A DNA stretch of 41,876 bases from Candidatus Pacearchaeota archaeon (GCA_009694755.1 SICU01000003.1:1-41876); one strand, 5' to 3'; counted from the stretch's first letter, positions 17,508 to 27,474 are shown. Numbers and translations: made by a program. Notes: generated by a model not told the origin, from the sequence alone.

Positions 17508-18790
17508 TGTTTAACATTTCCAATAACTTTTTTCCCATACATATACGAAACAAGAACATCTGGAATTTTCACAGTTCCATCTTTTTGTTGATAATTCTCT
17601 AATATAGCAACCATCGCTCTTGAAGTAGCTATTGCAGTATTGTTAAGTGTATGAGGAACATATTTTTCTCCAGTTCCCGGGTCAATTCTAATTTTTAATT
17701 TGCGAGCCTGTGCGTCAGTTAAATTTGAACAAGAACCAACTTCAAAATATCCTTTTTTACGAGGAGACCACGCCTCAATATCCACTTGAATATGTTTCAA
17801 ATCTCCCAAATCTCCAGAACATATTGCTAAAACACGAACTGGAATGCCAAGCTCCTTGAAAATTTCAACAGTAATTTTTTTTAACTCTTCAAAAAATTTC
17901 ATAGATTCAGAAGGTTTGCAGACAACAACCATTTCTATCTTGTTAAACTGGTGGCTTCTGTAAATTCCTTTCTCATCAATTCCATGAGATCCAATTTCTT
18001 TTCTAAAACACATAGAATATGAATTAAATTTCAAAGGCAATTTTTTCTCTTGAATAATTGTATCAATATAACGACCAATCAGAGAATGCTCGCTCGTCCC
18101 AATCAAATACAGGTCTTCGCCTTCAATCTTATAAATCTGATTTGTCATATCGTTCAAGTCCGTTACGTTTTTAATAACATCAGAACGCAACATCAAAGGA
18201 GTTTCAACATAAGTAAATCCTTTCTGAACAAGTTTGTCTAAAACAAAACGAATTAACGCTTGATTCAACAAAGCCAAATCACCTTGCAAATAATAAAACC
18301 CGTTACCTGAAGTTTTAGCCGACGCATCAAAATCAGCAACACCCAAATTTTCTGCAATTTCTGCATGGCTTCTAACTTCAAAATCAAACTTCCTAGGTTT
18401 ACCAATAACTTCCCATTCTTTATTTTCGGAGTCATCTTTTCCAAGAGGAACATCTTTGTGCATAATATTAGGTATTTTTTTCAACATTTGAGAAATTTCA
18501 TTTTCAAATTCATACATTTGTTTTTCCAAAGATTCAATTTTTGCAGGAATTTCTCCAGCTTCTTTCAAAAGTTTTTTAACATCTTTACCTAACTTTTTTG
18601 CATCAGCAATTTCTTTAGATATTTTATTTCTACTAGAACGAATATTATCTACTTCTCCCTTCAAAGCACGCCATTTTATATCTTTAGAAATAATTTCATC
18701 AACTAATTTCAGCCTATCTTTTTTATTCTTTTTTTTAATATTTTCTTTAACTATATCGGGATTTTCGCGTAAAAACTTAATATCAAACAT
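17504..18790 (-). CDS. serS: Serine-tRNA ligase
   Basis: N-terminal coiled coil, LIGTSEH, CFRKEIG, HQFNKIE, EVGSCSN, HTLNNTAIA. Confidence 0.97.
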   Translation of the reverse strand: MFDIKFLRENPDIVKENIKKKNKKDRLKLVDEIISKDIKWRALKGEVDNIRSSRNKISKEIADAKKLGKDVKKLLKEAGEIPAKIESLEKQMYEFENEISQMLKKIPNIMHKDVPLGKDDSENKEWEVIGKPRKFDFEVRSHAEIAENLGVADFDASAKTSGNGFYYLQGDLALLNQALIRFVLDKLVQKGFTYVETPLMLRSDVIKNVTDLNDMTNQIYKIEGEDLYLIGTSEHSLIGRYIDTIIQEKKLPLKFNSYSMCFRKEIGSHGIDEKGIYRSHQFNKIEMVVVCKPSESMKFFEELKKITVEIFKELGIPVRVLAICSGDLGDLKHIQVDIEAWSPRKKGYFEVGSCSNLTDAQARKLKIRIDPGTGEKYVPHTLNNTAIATSRAMVAILENYQQKDGTVKIPDVLVSYMYGKKVIGNVKQ

Positions 18791-18926
18791 ATCTAATCAA
18801 AAAGAAAGGAGTATTTAAAATTAATTTAATGAAAGTTGAGGGTTTATTCTTTCCCCGTTTAGGACAAGTTTCATATTTTCAGCAACCCTCTCAAAACCTC
18901 AATCCGTTTAAATCTTTCTAAAACAA

Positions 18927-20297
18927 TTATCTTCGTCCGAACCTTGAACTTCCACGAGAACCGCCTCGTCCGCCACCAGAACTTTCGCCACCACCAAATC
19001 TTGAACTTCCACTTCCAAATGAACGTCCTCCACCAGAATCTCCGCGTCCGCCATCATGAGAACCACCAGAACTTCTTCCGTATGAACGAGCTCCGTCGCG
19101 AGAACCTCCAAAACGTCCTTTGCCTCCAAAAGTCAAACGTCCACGATTATCTCGATCATTAGTTTCTTCTCTAAATCTAACATGTATCGGAGCGACTTCC
19201 GGCATTTCTTGTTGAACGATAGTTAAAGACGGATCAGACAAAACTTTTCTAAAACTATCATAATCTCTCTGCGAAACTATTGTAATCGCAATTCCTTCTT
19301 TTCCAGCACGAGCAGTTCTTCCGATTCTATGAATATATTCTATGCTAGTTTTAGGAACATCGAAATTATACACGTGTGAAACATTTTTAACATCGAGCCC
19401 TCTCGCCGCAACGTCTGTGCAAACTAAAATCAAAGCTTTCGCAGAATGAAATTCTTCTAAAACGCGACTACGTTTATTTTGCGCAAGTCCTCCGTGAATT
19501 GCAATTGCATCAAGGCCGTTGCGTTCCAAATTATGAACGACATAATCCGCGTTTCTTCGAGTATTACAAAACACCATAACTAATCCTGACTTCTCTTCTT
19601 TTAACAAATGAACAAGCATCGAAAATTTCAAATTACTCGGAGTATCATAATATACTTGTTTCAGTTTTGAAGGGTCAACATAAGATTCAGACTCAATTAA
19701 AACTGGTTCTTTCATATAATGTTTCGCAATTCTTTGAATATCTGGAGAAATAGTCGCGGAAAATAAAAGAGTCTGTCTTTCTTTCGGACATTCATCAATA
19801 ATAGTAACTACATCGTCGATAAAACCCATGTCTAACATTCTGTCTGCTTCGTCTAAAACTAAAAATTTAAGACGCGATAAATCGAGAGAATCATTTCTCA
19901 AATGATCTAAAATTCTTCCAGGAGTTCCAACAACAATATCTGCATGACGAAGAGCCACTTTCTGCGGTTCAATTGAAACGCCCCCATAAATTTCGCGAAC
20001 ATCTAATTTTTTATACTGTGAAAATTTATGCAAACTCCTACCAACTTGTTCAGCTAATTCTCGAGTTGGAGTTAAAACCAATGCTTGAATTCCTTTTCCA
20101 GTAAATATTTTTTCAATTATTCCTGCACCAAATGCAAGAGTTTTTCCAGAACCTGTTGCCGAACTTCCAAGTACATCTTTTCCAGTTAAAACTAACGGAA
20201 TTGCTTTTTCCTGAATATCACTCGGTTCAGTAAAACCGATAGATTCTATAACTTTTAACATTTCGGCACTCAAGCCAAGTTTTCTAAATGATTCCAT
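18927..20297 (-). CDS. DEAD-box RNA helicase with Gly/Arg-rich tail
   Basis: ATGSGKT, PTRELA, LDEADRM, SAT, HRIGRTAR. Confidence 0.96.
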   Translation of the reverse strand: MESFRKLGLSAEMLKVIESIGFTEPSDIQEKAIPLVLTGKDVLGSSATGSGKTLAFGAGIIEKIFTGKGIQALVLTPTRELAEQVGRSLHKFSQYKKLDVREIYGGVSIEPQKVALRHADIVVGTPGRILDHLRNDSLDLSRLKFLVLDEADRMLDMGFIDDVVTIIDECPKERQTLLFSATISPDIQRIAKHYMKEPVLIESESYVDPSKLKQVYYDTPSNLKFSMLVHLLKEEKSGLVMVFCNTRRNADYVVHNLERNGLDAIAIHGGLAQNKRSRVLEEFHSAKALILVCTDVAARGLDVKNVSHVYNFDVPKTSIEYIHRIGRTARAGKEGIAITIVSQRDYDSFRKVLSDPSLTIVQQEMPEVAPIHVRFREETNDRDNRGRLTFGGKGRFGGSRDGARSYGRSSGGSHDGGRGDSGGGRSFGSGSSRFGGGESSGGGRGGSRGSSRFGRR

Positions 20298-20364
20298 AAA
20301 TACCTCAACAAAATACCCTTTTTAAAGTAAACTTTTTATTTTCCAACTAAATTATATTAAATTT

Positions 20365-21216
20365 TTATTTTTTCATAGATATATCTAATCGATTATATGC
20401 TAATGCAACATTCTTATCTCGAGATATTAACTCATAAATTTTTTTAGTTATATCGCTTCTTACTTTAGAAAGTTGTTGAACTGGTGCAAAAAATAAAACT
20501 TTAATTTTCATTCCATTTTCCACCATTGAAACGCGAGAAACTATCTCATTATTAATTTTTTTACTATATTCTCCTGCGAATTCCTTTGCAACCAAACAAC
20601 CGATTTCCATCGCTCTGTCTAAATTGCTGTCATATTTTACTGTGTAATTAACTTCGTCCAATACAAAATCGTGAAGAAGTGTATGATTAATTATATTCTC
20701 TTCAAAGAGTTTGTAATTAGGAATTAAAACATTTCTGCCAGAATGTTGTTCAGAGTCTATATTTCCTCCAACTTCATCAATATAAACGTGAGTCAAAGAA
20801 AGGTCATATACATCTCCTTTAATCGTTCCAATAGAAATTCTATCGCCTACTTGAAATGGTCGTTTTATCACAATCATTATCCAAGCAGCAATACCAGTAA
20901 TCGGTTTTTGTAAAGCGAAACCAATCGCAGCAGTAAGAAGCCCTGCAACAACTCCGATACCAGCCCAAGATTTAAAATAGGATAAAAAAGCAAATAAAAT
21001 AATAACCCAAGTCACAGTTATATTAATCATTCTGGAAAAAATCTTAATAGTGGAAATATGATTTTTTGACTTAGCTCGTTTAAGTAAACGTTTCTTAACA
21101 AATAATAAAATAAATTTAAAAAAAGCAATTAACACAATACAAATAATTATTATTTCTAAAATAGGCACAAATCTGGTAAAACCATTCTCAAAAACAATAA
21201 ATCCTTTAAACATCAC
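20365..21216 (-). CDS. mscS: Small-conductance mechanosensitive channel
   Basis: GFALQKPI, RPFQVGDRI, IPNYKL, INHT. Confidence 0.88.
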   Translation of the reverse strand: MMFKGFIVFENGFTRFVPILEIIIICIVLIAFFKFILLFVKKRLLKRAKSKNHISTIKIFSRMINITVTWVIILFAFLSYFKSWAGIGVVAGLLTAAIGFALQKPITGIAAWIMIVIKRPFQVGDRISIGTIKGDVYDLSLTHVYIDEVGGNIDSEQHSGRNVLIPNYKLFEENIINHTLLHDFVLDEVNYTVKYDSNLDRAMEIGCLVAKEFAGEYSKKINNEIVSRVSMVENGMKIKVLFFAPVQQLSKVRSDITKKIYELISRDKNVALAYNRLDISMKK

Positions 21217-21349
21217 AAATAAAAATCAAAGCAATATATAAACTTAATAGCTTAAAATAAAAATTCCCAACCTAAACAGAGCCTTGAGGTGTCCCTCCAG
21301 TTGAAGAAAATTAAGAACAATTAAATACAAAACAAGTTTTAAAGAATTA

Positions 21350-22399
21350 ATGAAAAAAGAGATAATTTCAATAAAAACAATTAGAATTGGAAGGAATTTA
21401 AAAGTTTATGAAAAAACAGAAAAATCTTGGAAAATATCTAAGACAATAATTCCAAAAATTGAAGAAACAATTAAATTATTTAAATCAAATAATAATTTTA
21501 AAGAATTAATCGATAAAAAAGACAAACGTTTTTTGAAAGGGCAAATTTCTCCGCAAGGACAAATTCAAGGAGCAAGAATAAACATTCTCCCAGATGGACA
21601 AAAATTAGACAAGGCGTATTCATTACTTGCCAAAAATTTAACTTTCCACGATGAATCATCCCAGAGTCATTGGGATGTAATTTATCAAAATCCTAATGGC
21701 AATTTCGCATATTGTTATAATTTAGAAAAAAAGAAAAAATCTGTAAAAAATAAATACAAAAAAGTTGAAAAATTTGAAGAAATTTATCCTGAATTAGAAA
21801 AAAATGTTGAACACGCATTAAAAGACAAAAAAGATATTTATGCAGTTCCAATGTATACATTACTAAAAACATATATGAGAATAGGAAATGAAATGTATTA
21901 TAAAACAACAGGACATAAAGGATTAACAACGCTTACAAAAAAAGATATTTTACTAGATAAAAATGAAGCGACATTTGACTATATCTCAAAAAACGGAGTT
22001 CCGATGACTATAACTCAAGAATTTCCAAAAGAATATATTCAAAGAATGAAAGAAGAAATAAAAAATAAGAAAAATTCAGATTTTATATTCACTAATAATC
22101 ACAACAAACCGCTCAAAGACACGGATTTTATGAATGCATTTGAAAATTATTGCGGGGAAAGATTTTATCCGCACATAGTTCGTTCCTTTTATGCAACAAA
22201 AAAAGCCGAAGATTTTTTAAAAAGTCATAAAAGTGCAAAAAAAGAAGAAATTAAAGAATTATTTACCGAAATAGCAGAGAAATTAGGACATAAAAAGTTC
22301 GATAAAAAACAAAATGATTGGAAAGATAATTACTCTGTAACAATCCACTATTATATTCAACCAGACTTAGTAGATAAAATACAAAGGTTAGTTAAGTAA
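21350..22399 (+). CDS. Short DNA topoisomerase IB-like protein
   Basis: MRIGNEMY, GLTTL, SKNG, HIVRSFYAT, LGH, YYIQP match the R-K-R-H-Y catalytic pentad of TopIB. Confidence 0.75.
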   Translation: MKKEIISIKTIRIGRNLKVYEKTEKSWKISKTIIPKIEETIKLFKSNNNFKELIDKKDKRFLKGQISPQGQIQGARINILPDGQKLDKAYSLLAKNLTFHDESSQSHWDVIYQNPNGNFAYCYNLEKKKKSVKNKYKKVEKFEEIYPELEKNVEHALKDKKDIYAVPMYTLLKTYMRIGNEMYYKTTGHKGLTTLTKKDILLDKNEATFDYISKNGVPMTITQEFPKEYIQRMKEEIKNKKNSDFIFTNNHNKPLKDTDFMNAFENYCGERFYPHIVRSFYATKKAEDFLKSHKSAKKEEIKELFTEIAEKLGHKKFDKKQNDWKDNYSVTIHYYIQPDLVDKIQRLVK

Positions 22400-22483
22400 T
22401 TTTTTATCTATTTTTATTTTGAAATCATAAGAACATCAGTTCCAAATATTAAAAATTGAAATTAGAAATTATCCTCAGAGAAT

Positions 22484-22864
22484 TTATCTATTTTCAAATT
22501 TATAATCTAAAGTATATTTATCCGAGCCAAAAATAGATAGCGCTAAAGTTGCGAAAGCAATACCAAAGTCACGAATTCCAATAGGATTAAATCCGAGAGA
22601 GAAAGCAATTCCAAATAAATGTAGCGATAAAATCAAAGCAGAAAATCGAACATATAATCCAATAATTAAAAACAATCCGAAAATAAGTTCTAAAAATCCA
22701 TTAAAAACAACTAAATTATTTGCAGTCATTCCAGAAAAAACCATAAATTCTGGAACAAATGAAGTCCAAGAATCTGGGCTATAAACTTGTTGAAATCCAA
22801 AATATAAAAATACTAAAGCCATAGAAACACGCAAAATTACAAATGCAAAATCTTTAGAATTCAT
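22484..22864 (-). CDS. DoxX family membrane protein
   Basis: LRVSMALVFLYFG, ELIFGLFLIIG, RDFGI, YTLD. Confidence 0.85.
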   Translation of the reverse strand: MNSKDFAFVILRVSMALVFLYFGFQQVYSPDSWTSFVPEFMVFSGMTANNLVVFNGFLELIFGLFLIIGLYVRFSALILSLHLFGIAFSLGFNPIGIRDFGIAFATLALSIFGSDKYTLDYKFENR

Positions 22865-23323
22865 TTAAATTTTCCCGACAATATCAAAATCGCCGATTAA
22901 TGTTCCAATTTTCATAAGCATATCCACTTTTTTAGTTCCATGTTTACCAACAAATGCTTGTGCAAATTTTTCAGAAGTTCCGCAAAATGGAATTATTGCC
23001 CCCGCAGAACCTGGATGTCCTGGTAAAAAGGAAGTAATATCGTAAACTTTTCCACCGTAAGCAATCCAACAATCAGAAGAAGAATTATGCATTCCAAGAC
23101 GCGAAAGAGTAATTTTTCCTAAATTTGAAGAATTTTGAATAGAAGAATTATTTTTTCCAAGATTATAATTATTTTCTGAAAAATCATCGTTATCCTCATC
23201 TTCATCGTCAAATTCTGATGAATCATCATCAAAATATAATGAACTCGAAACTGAAAGTCTAGTGAACATTGTAACTCCTAAAACAAGTAGAATAATCAAA
23301 CCAGCAAAAAATATTTTTTTCAT
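22865..23323 (-). CDS. Membrane-anchored cytochrome b5-like domain protein
   Basis: HNSSSDCWIAYGGKVYDITSFLPGHPGS...F...H with both axial His positions. Confidence 0.88.
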   Translation of the reverse strand: MKKIFFAGLIILLVLGVTMFTRLSVSSSLYFDDDSSEFDDEDEDNDDFSENNYNLGKNNSSIQNSSNLGKITLSRLGMHNSSSDCWIAYGGKVYDITSFLPGHPGSAGAIIPFCGTSEKFAQAFVGKHGTKKVDMLMKIGTLIGDFDIVGKI

Positions 23324-23373
23324 AAATTATTTAAAAAACAAACTATTTAAATATACATCTCAAAAATAAATTT

Positions 23374-23826
23374 TTATTTTCTTTTTTTAGTTTTTTGTTT
23401 CTTAATTATCTCTTTTTCAACCGATTTGCCTCGTGAACCGATAAATGTAGCACTGATTAAAACTAAAATCCAAGGAATATAAGCTGTGAAAGTTTTATAA
23501 TATTCAGACATTCCTTGAATATTTTTATCTAAAATTAAAGCAATTATTATTTGTAATAAATCTAAAACAATTCCTACTAAAATAAAAGTCAAACCTAATT
23601 TCAAACCTTCGTTTAGATTTCTTTGTATTCCAACTTTTTTGAAATACCAAACTGAAGCAAATGAAGTTAATAGAACAGTTATTGCAATTGTAGAGATATA
23701 GGAAATATTTTGTAAATTCTGAGGAGAATCAAAACTTAAAAGCATAATTGTAGTTAAAATTATTCCAGTAATTAGAGTCACAATATAGAATGCAACAGCA
23801 ATTAAAATTCCTCTTTTAACATCCAT
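23374..23826 (-). CDS. Four-TM membrane protein
   Basis: Hydrophobic segments, EGLKLG...LD motif, basic tail. Confidence 0.7.
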   Translation of the reverse strand: MDVKRGILIAVAFYIVTLITGIILTTIMLLSFDSPQNLQNISYISTIAITVLLTSFASVWYFKKVGIQRNLNEGLKLGLTFILVGIVLDLLQIIIALILDKNIQGMSEYYKTFTAYIPWILVLISATFIGSRGKSVEKEIIKKQKTKKRK

Positions 23827-23897
23827 ATTATTTTTAAGTTAAAGAGGTTTTTAAGCTTTAGGTATCTTTTTAAGTCAGAGTTTAATTTCGTAAATAA

Positions 23898-23979
23898 GCC
23901 CGGATGGCACAATGGCACTGCGCTAGTCTCGAAAACTAGTTTCCTCACGGATTTCTCGGTTCGATTCCGAGTCCGGGCG
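23898..23979 (+). tRNA. tRNA-Ser(CGA)
   Basis: GCCCGGA/TCCGGGC-G acceptor; CTAGT-CTCGAAA-ACTAG anticodon arm; long variable arm; G73. Confidence 0.95.
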
Positions 23980-23995
23980 TTCCAGAATCGAGACT

Positions 23996-24985
23996 TCACA
24001 ATATCTTATCAACAACAGGGTCATAATTAAAGATTACATCTTTACATTTACTTATTGCACGTAATTGGTATATTGGATAATAAATCACTGTAACATTGAT
24101 TAAACTATTTTTTATTGAAAGAACGTGTTTTTCAACTTCATCATTAATATGAAATTTTTCTTCTGATTTTAGTCTTTCTCTATATCCTTTTTTCTCTAAC
24201 ATCTCTAATCTTTCTATTGATTCTCGAATCATTCTTTTTAGTATATTTCTATCTCTTTCATAGGCTGTATGTTTAAGCTTACTTTCAAGCATTTTTATCT
24301 TATTAGCACATGTTTCAACTTCTTCATCTTTCTCGTGAATTTGTTTATGGTAATGGTTCTTTACTCTAAATAATTCTTTTTTTATTTTTTCTTTCAGAAT
24401 TAATTTAAGTGGTATTACATCTTGGCTAACTTTTTCATTGAGCAATTCTTTTGCTTTTTTATAAAATTCCTGAATATCCATCTCTGGAAGAATATCAGCA
24501 TTACCTTTTTGAAGATTAAATTTAGATAAATCTATATCTGAATACTTTTGACTTTTAATAAGTATAGTATTTATTGTTTGTTTTTTATTATTGAGATATT
24601 GGTACTTAGATAAAAATGAGAATCTATATAAAAAACTTAATGTTTCAGAATTAATTCCTATAAACTTATATTTTATTAGATTTAACTTGCTATTGATTTT
24701 AGCTATATCTGGTTTAATGTTTATTTTCAATAAGCAAGTCAATCCTTTATCACTGAGATAATCTCTAATTGCGAGTAAAAAATAACTTCCTTGCATTATT
24801 AGTTCTGAATCTTTATATGTGTTATGAGCATTGATGTCAAAAACGAATTTATACGGTGCTTTTTTACCAATAAATTCTTCAAATTCAGTTTGAACTCCAC
24901 TAATTATTAATAAGCTACCCTTATCCTCGATTATACAATCTTTGAAAAATTCTAAAAGAAATTTCTTTGAGTTATTTTTGGCCAT
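23996..24985 (-). CDS. SNF2-helicase partner protein, copy 2 (no zinc fingers)
   Basis: Shares motifs with 13896..15095 (GKxxPY, ELIxxxSYxL, YxYLN) and ends where that protein's Cys array begins. Confidence 0.75.
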   Translation of the reverse strand: MAKNNSKKFLLEFFKDCIIEDKGSLLIISGVQTEFEEFIGKKAPYKFVFDINAHNTYKDSELIMQGSYFLLAIRDYLSDKGLTCLLKINIKPDIAKINSKLNLIKYKFIGINSETLSFLYRFSFLSKYQYLNNKKQTINTILIKSQKYSDIDLSKFNLQKGNADILPEMDIQEFYKKAKELLNEKVSQDVIPLKLILKEKIKKELFRVKNHYHKQIHEKDEEVETCANKIKMLESKLKHTAYERDRNILKRMIRESIERLEMLEKKGYRERLKSEEKFHINDEVEKHVLSIKNSLINVTVIYYPIYQLRAISKCKDVIFNYDPVVDKIL

Positions 24986-24997
24986 ATTATGAATTTA

Positions 24998-26845
24998 CTA
25001 GTCTAGTAACTCCGAAGTATACTTTTTAGTTTGTTGATAATTATCGATTCCTTTTTTTATCTCTTTGTTTACTTTATCTATATCACTAGCGAATTTGCTC
25101 AAATTATTTTTAGAATCTAAAAAAGCAGTCATAATTTTTTCTTCAAACTTAATTGAACTAGATTTTCCATTAGAGTCTAGACCCATATTAAATAAAATGA
25201 TTGGTAGTTCGCCCATAATTAGTCCAATACAGCACATTTTATTTATAATTAAATCCACTACGTGCTCTTCCATAGTATCTTTAGTAGCAAGATTATATAC
25301 AAATATATCTTTAGTCTGTCCAATTCTATCCAAACGTCCTATGCGCTGTTCAACAGTCATCGGATTCCAAGGGAGATCGTAATTGATAATATTTGAACAG
25401 AATTGCAAGTTTAATCCTTCAGAACCAGTTTCAGTACTTAGAAGAATTTGAGTCTTTTCTTTAAATTCTTTTATTCTTCTAGTTTTTTCATCAGCCGTCA
25501 AGCCTCCTTGAAACTCAGTAACTTTCATTTTACTTTTTTTTAGAATATCTGAAATATATTTTAGGGTTGCTGGATGCTTCGTGTAAATAAGTATTTTTGT
25601 CCCCTTGTCTATTTTATCTATTTCATATATTATTTTTATCAATTCTTTTAATTTGCTGTCCATTGATATATTCTTAAAATTATCAAGAATTCTCTTTGCA
25701 ATTTCAATAGTTGTTGTATGATATTTAGAATTAGATATCAAATTCTCAAGAAATTCAATTGAAGATTTTGACGAACTTGTTATTTTCGGGAGGATAACGT
25801 GGGCAGCAAGTATTGTTTTTATTGGTACACCATTGAAATCAAGATAATTATTTAATAATAAATCAACAACTTCAGCATATGTTCTTCTTTCTTCTATATC
25901 TAAATTAACTGATTGAATTATTGGAATCCGTTTCATATACTTTACCCCTACTGCTTCATCTCTACGTCTACGAATCATAACTTCAGAAAGCTTTCTTTTT
26001 AATTCCAGTGGATTGAGTGGGTGTCTTTTATCTCCATTTATTAAAAAATTTGAACGAAAATTGCTAATTGTTCCAAGATGCCCTCTTCTTAGAAGCGAGA
26101 GAAGATTATAAAGCTCAATTAAATCATTTTGAAAAGGAGTTGCAGTCAATAATAAAAGCCTTTTCTTCTGAAGTTTATCTACAAATTTCCATCTAAAAGT
26201 ATTTTTATCTTTTAGTTTATGTGCTTCATCTATTATTATAATGTCCCAATATATTTCGTGAGCTTTAGCATGTTTGAATACGTTGGTAGATGGATTGAAA
26301 TTTTTTATCTTATCCATTGAGGCTATAGCAAAATCCGTATTTTCCCATTCGCTTTCTTTATTGATTTCAGTGAAATTTAAATTAAATTTTGTAGTAAGCT
26401 CTTCTTTCCATTGTTGAACAAGAGAAGGAGGAGTTAAGATTAAAGCACGAGTTACAAAACCACGAACAATACATTCCTTTAAAACCATTCCAGCTGTAAT
26501 TGTTTTTCCAAGACCAACTTCATCAGCTAGCAATGCTCTACCATCTAAATCCCTTAAAATTTTAAGTGCTCCTTCTTGCTGATGCGGTAAGTTATAAGCA
26601 AGATTATTTTTAATTAATGGATATGAAATTAGTCCTTTTATTTCGGACTGTTTTGCTGCTTCTTCAGACTTTAGTCTAAGTTGAAATAAATTTTTTGGTT
26701 CAAATTTTTTATCTTTTATCCTCGTTATTATCTTTATTTCATTTAATACGATACTCTCAACAATCTTCAAATCTTTATCATAATATATCTTTTCTTCAAA
26801 ATTAGTGTTTTTCTCTTTCAACAAACTTTTTCTTTCAGAATTCAT
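24998..26845 (-). CDS. SNF2-family (RapA/YqhH-like) helicase, copy 2
   Basis: Same helicase motifs; shares long identical blocks with copy 1 such as LATKDTMEEHVVDLIINKMCCIGL. Confidence 0.92.
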   Translation of the reverse strand: MNSERKSLLKEKNTNFEEKIYYDKDLKIVESIVLNEIKIITRIKDKKFEPKNLFQLRLKSEEAAKQSEIKGLISYPLIKNNLAYNLPHQQEGALKILRDLDGRALLADEVGLGKTITAGMVLKECIVRGFVTRALILTPPSLVQQWKEELTTKFNLNFTEINKESEWENTDFAIASMDKIKNFNPSTNVFKHAKAHEIYWDIIIIDEAHKLKDKNTFRWKFVDKLQKKRLLLLTATPFQNDLIELYNLLSLLRRGHLGTISNFRSNFLINGDKRHPLNPLELKRKLSEVMIRRRRDEAVGVKYMKRIPIIQSVNLDIEERRTYAEVVDLLLNNYLDFNGVPIKTILAAHVILPKITSSSKSSIEFLENLISNSKYHTTTIEIAKRILDNFKNISMDSKLKELIKIIYEIDKIDKGTKILIYTKHPATLKYISDILKKSKMKVTEFQGGLTADEKTRRIKEFKEKTQILLSTETGSEGLNLQFCSNIINYDLPWNPMTVEQRIGRLDRIGQTKDIFVYNLATKDTMEEHVVDLIINKMCCIGLIMGELPIILFNMGLDSNGKSSSIKFEEKIMTAFLDSKNNLSKFASDIDKVNKEIKKGIDNYQQTKKYTSELLD

Positions 26846-26941
26846 ATTTTTGCCTAAAGCTTTAATAGTTCTTAATCTTTGGCTTTTCTATGTTGCAAGG
26901 GTCTATGCCCATATCAAAGACTTATATTTTTGATGAATTAA

Positions 26942-27047
26942 GCACCAACACAAAAGTCCTTCTTGTAATATCGTGGGGACTTTTGGGTGTTCAAAGTGCT
27001 CTGACGCACTTTGACATCAAACCACAAATTAAAGTGTGTAGGGGTGC
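26942..27047. repeat. Structured intergenic element, copy B of double-hairpin repeat (inverted)
   Basis: CAAAAGTCC/GGACTTTTG and TCAAAGTGC/GCACTTTGA stems, outer GCACC/GGTGC; reverse complement matches 3059-3109. Confidence 0.75.
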
Positions 27048-27067
27048 ATCGATTTTTTGATTCTATT

Positions 27068-27274
27068 TTCCACGATATAACTGTTGTACTAGATATGAAA
27101 TGAATGACTGTAGGCACGGTTAAATCTGTTATACTAAATACTATCAAAACTATTGAAGTTAAGGAGAAATCTTTGGGTAGAATATTTAGTATACCTTCCG
27201 AACTGATTACAGATACTGGAAAGAATATCTTGCTTAGAGTCCCTAAAATCAACTTATTCCTAAAACTATATTAA
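27068..27274 (+). pseudogene. Possible PRC-barrel domain remnant
   Basis: FHDITVVLDMK*MTVGTVKSV...IEVK...FSIPSELITDTGKNILL; TGA at 27101-27103 where Gly is expected. Confidence 0.35.
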
Positions 27275-27321
27275 AAAATAATTAGGCTCTAGTTTTTAAA
27301 GTATCTTAGCGTATATCGGTT

Positions 27322-27474
27322 ATGAAAAAAATGAATTGTTTTGAATGTAAGAAAGAATTTGAAACTAATTCCAACGCCCGATTTCCTCGCAAGTATTGCC
27401 CAAAATGCAGTGCAAAAAAGAAAAAACTTTGGGATAATCAGTGGAAAGTTAAATTCGAAGATTTAGACGATTAA
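27322..27474 (+). CDS. 50-aa zinc-ribbon protein (below ORF-track cutoff)
   Basis: MKKMNCFECKKEF...RKYCPKCS...FEDLDD; TTTAAA about 22 nt upstream. Confidence 0.7.
   Translation: MKKMNCFECKKEFETNSNARFPRKYCPKCSAKKKKLWDNQWKVKFEDLDD

Noticed and set aside
18835-18902. Imperfect inverted repeat upstream of serS as a leader RNA
   Set aside because: Short, AT-rich, lies upstream of the serS TATA box, and has no recognisable riboswitch motif.
18930-19150. GC-richer repetitive tract and overlapping ORFs 18908..19129 and 18944..19162
   Set aside because: Explained by the Gly/Arg/Ser tail of the DEAD-box helicase.
23931-23943. AAACTAGTTT resembling the metal-cluster operator
   Set aside because: It is part of the tRNA-Ser anticodon and variable arms; coincidental.
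23802-23999. 65-aa ORF, and likewise 30813..31007
   Set aside because: Antisense to tRNA genes; not credible proteins.
26938-27252. 104-aa minus-strand ORF, and likewise 2953..3189
   Set aside because: They run through the hairpin elements, have TTG starts and show no motifs.
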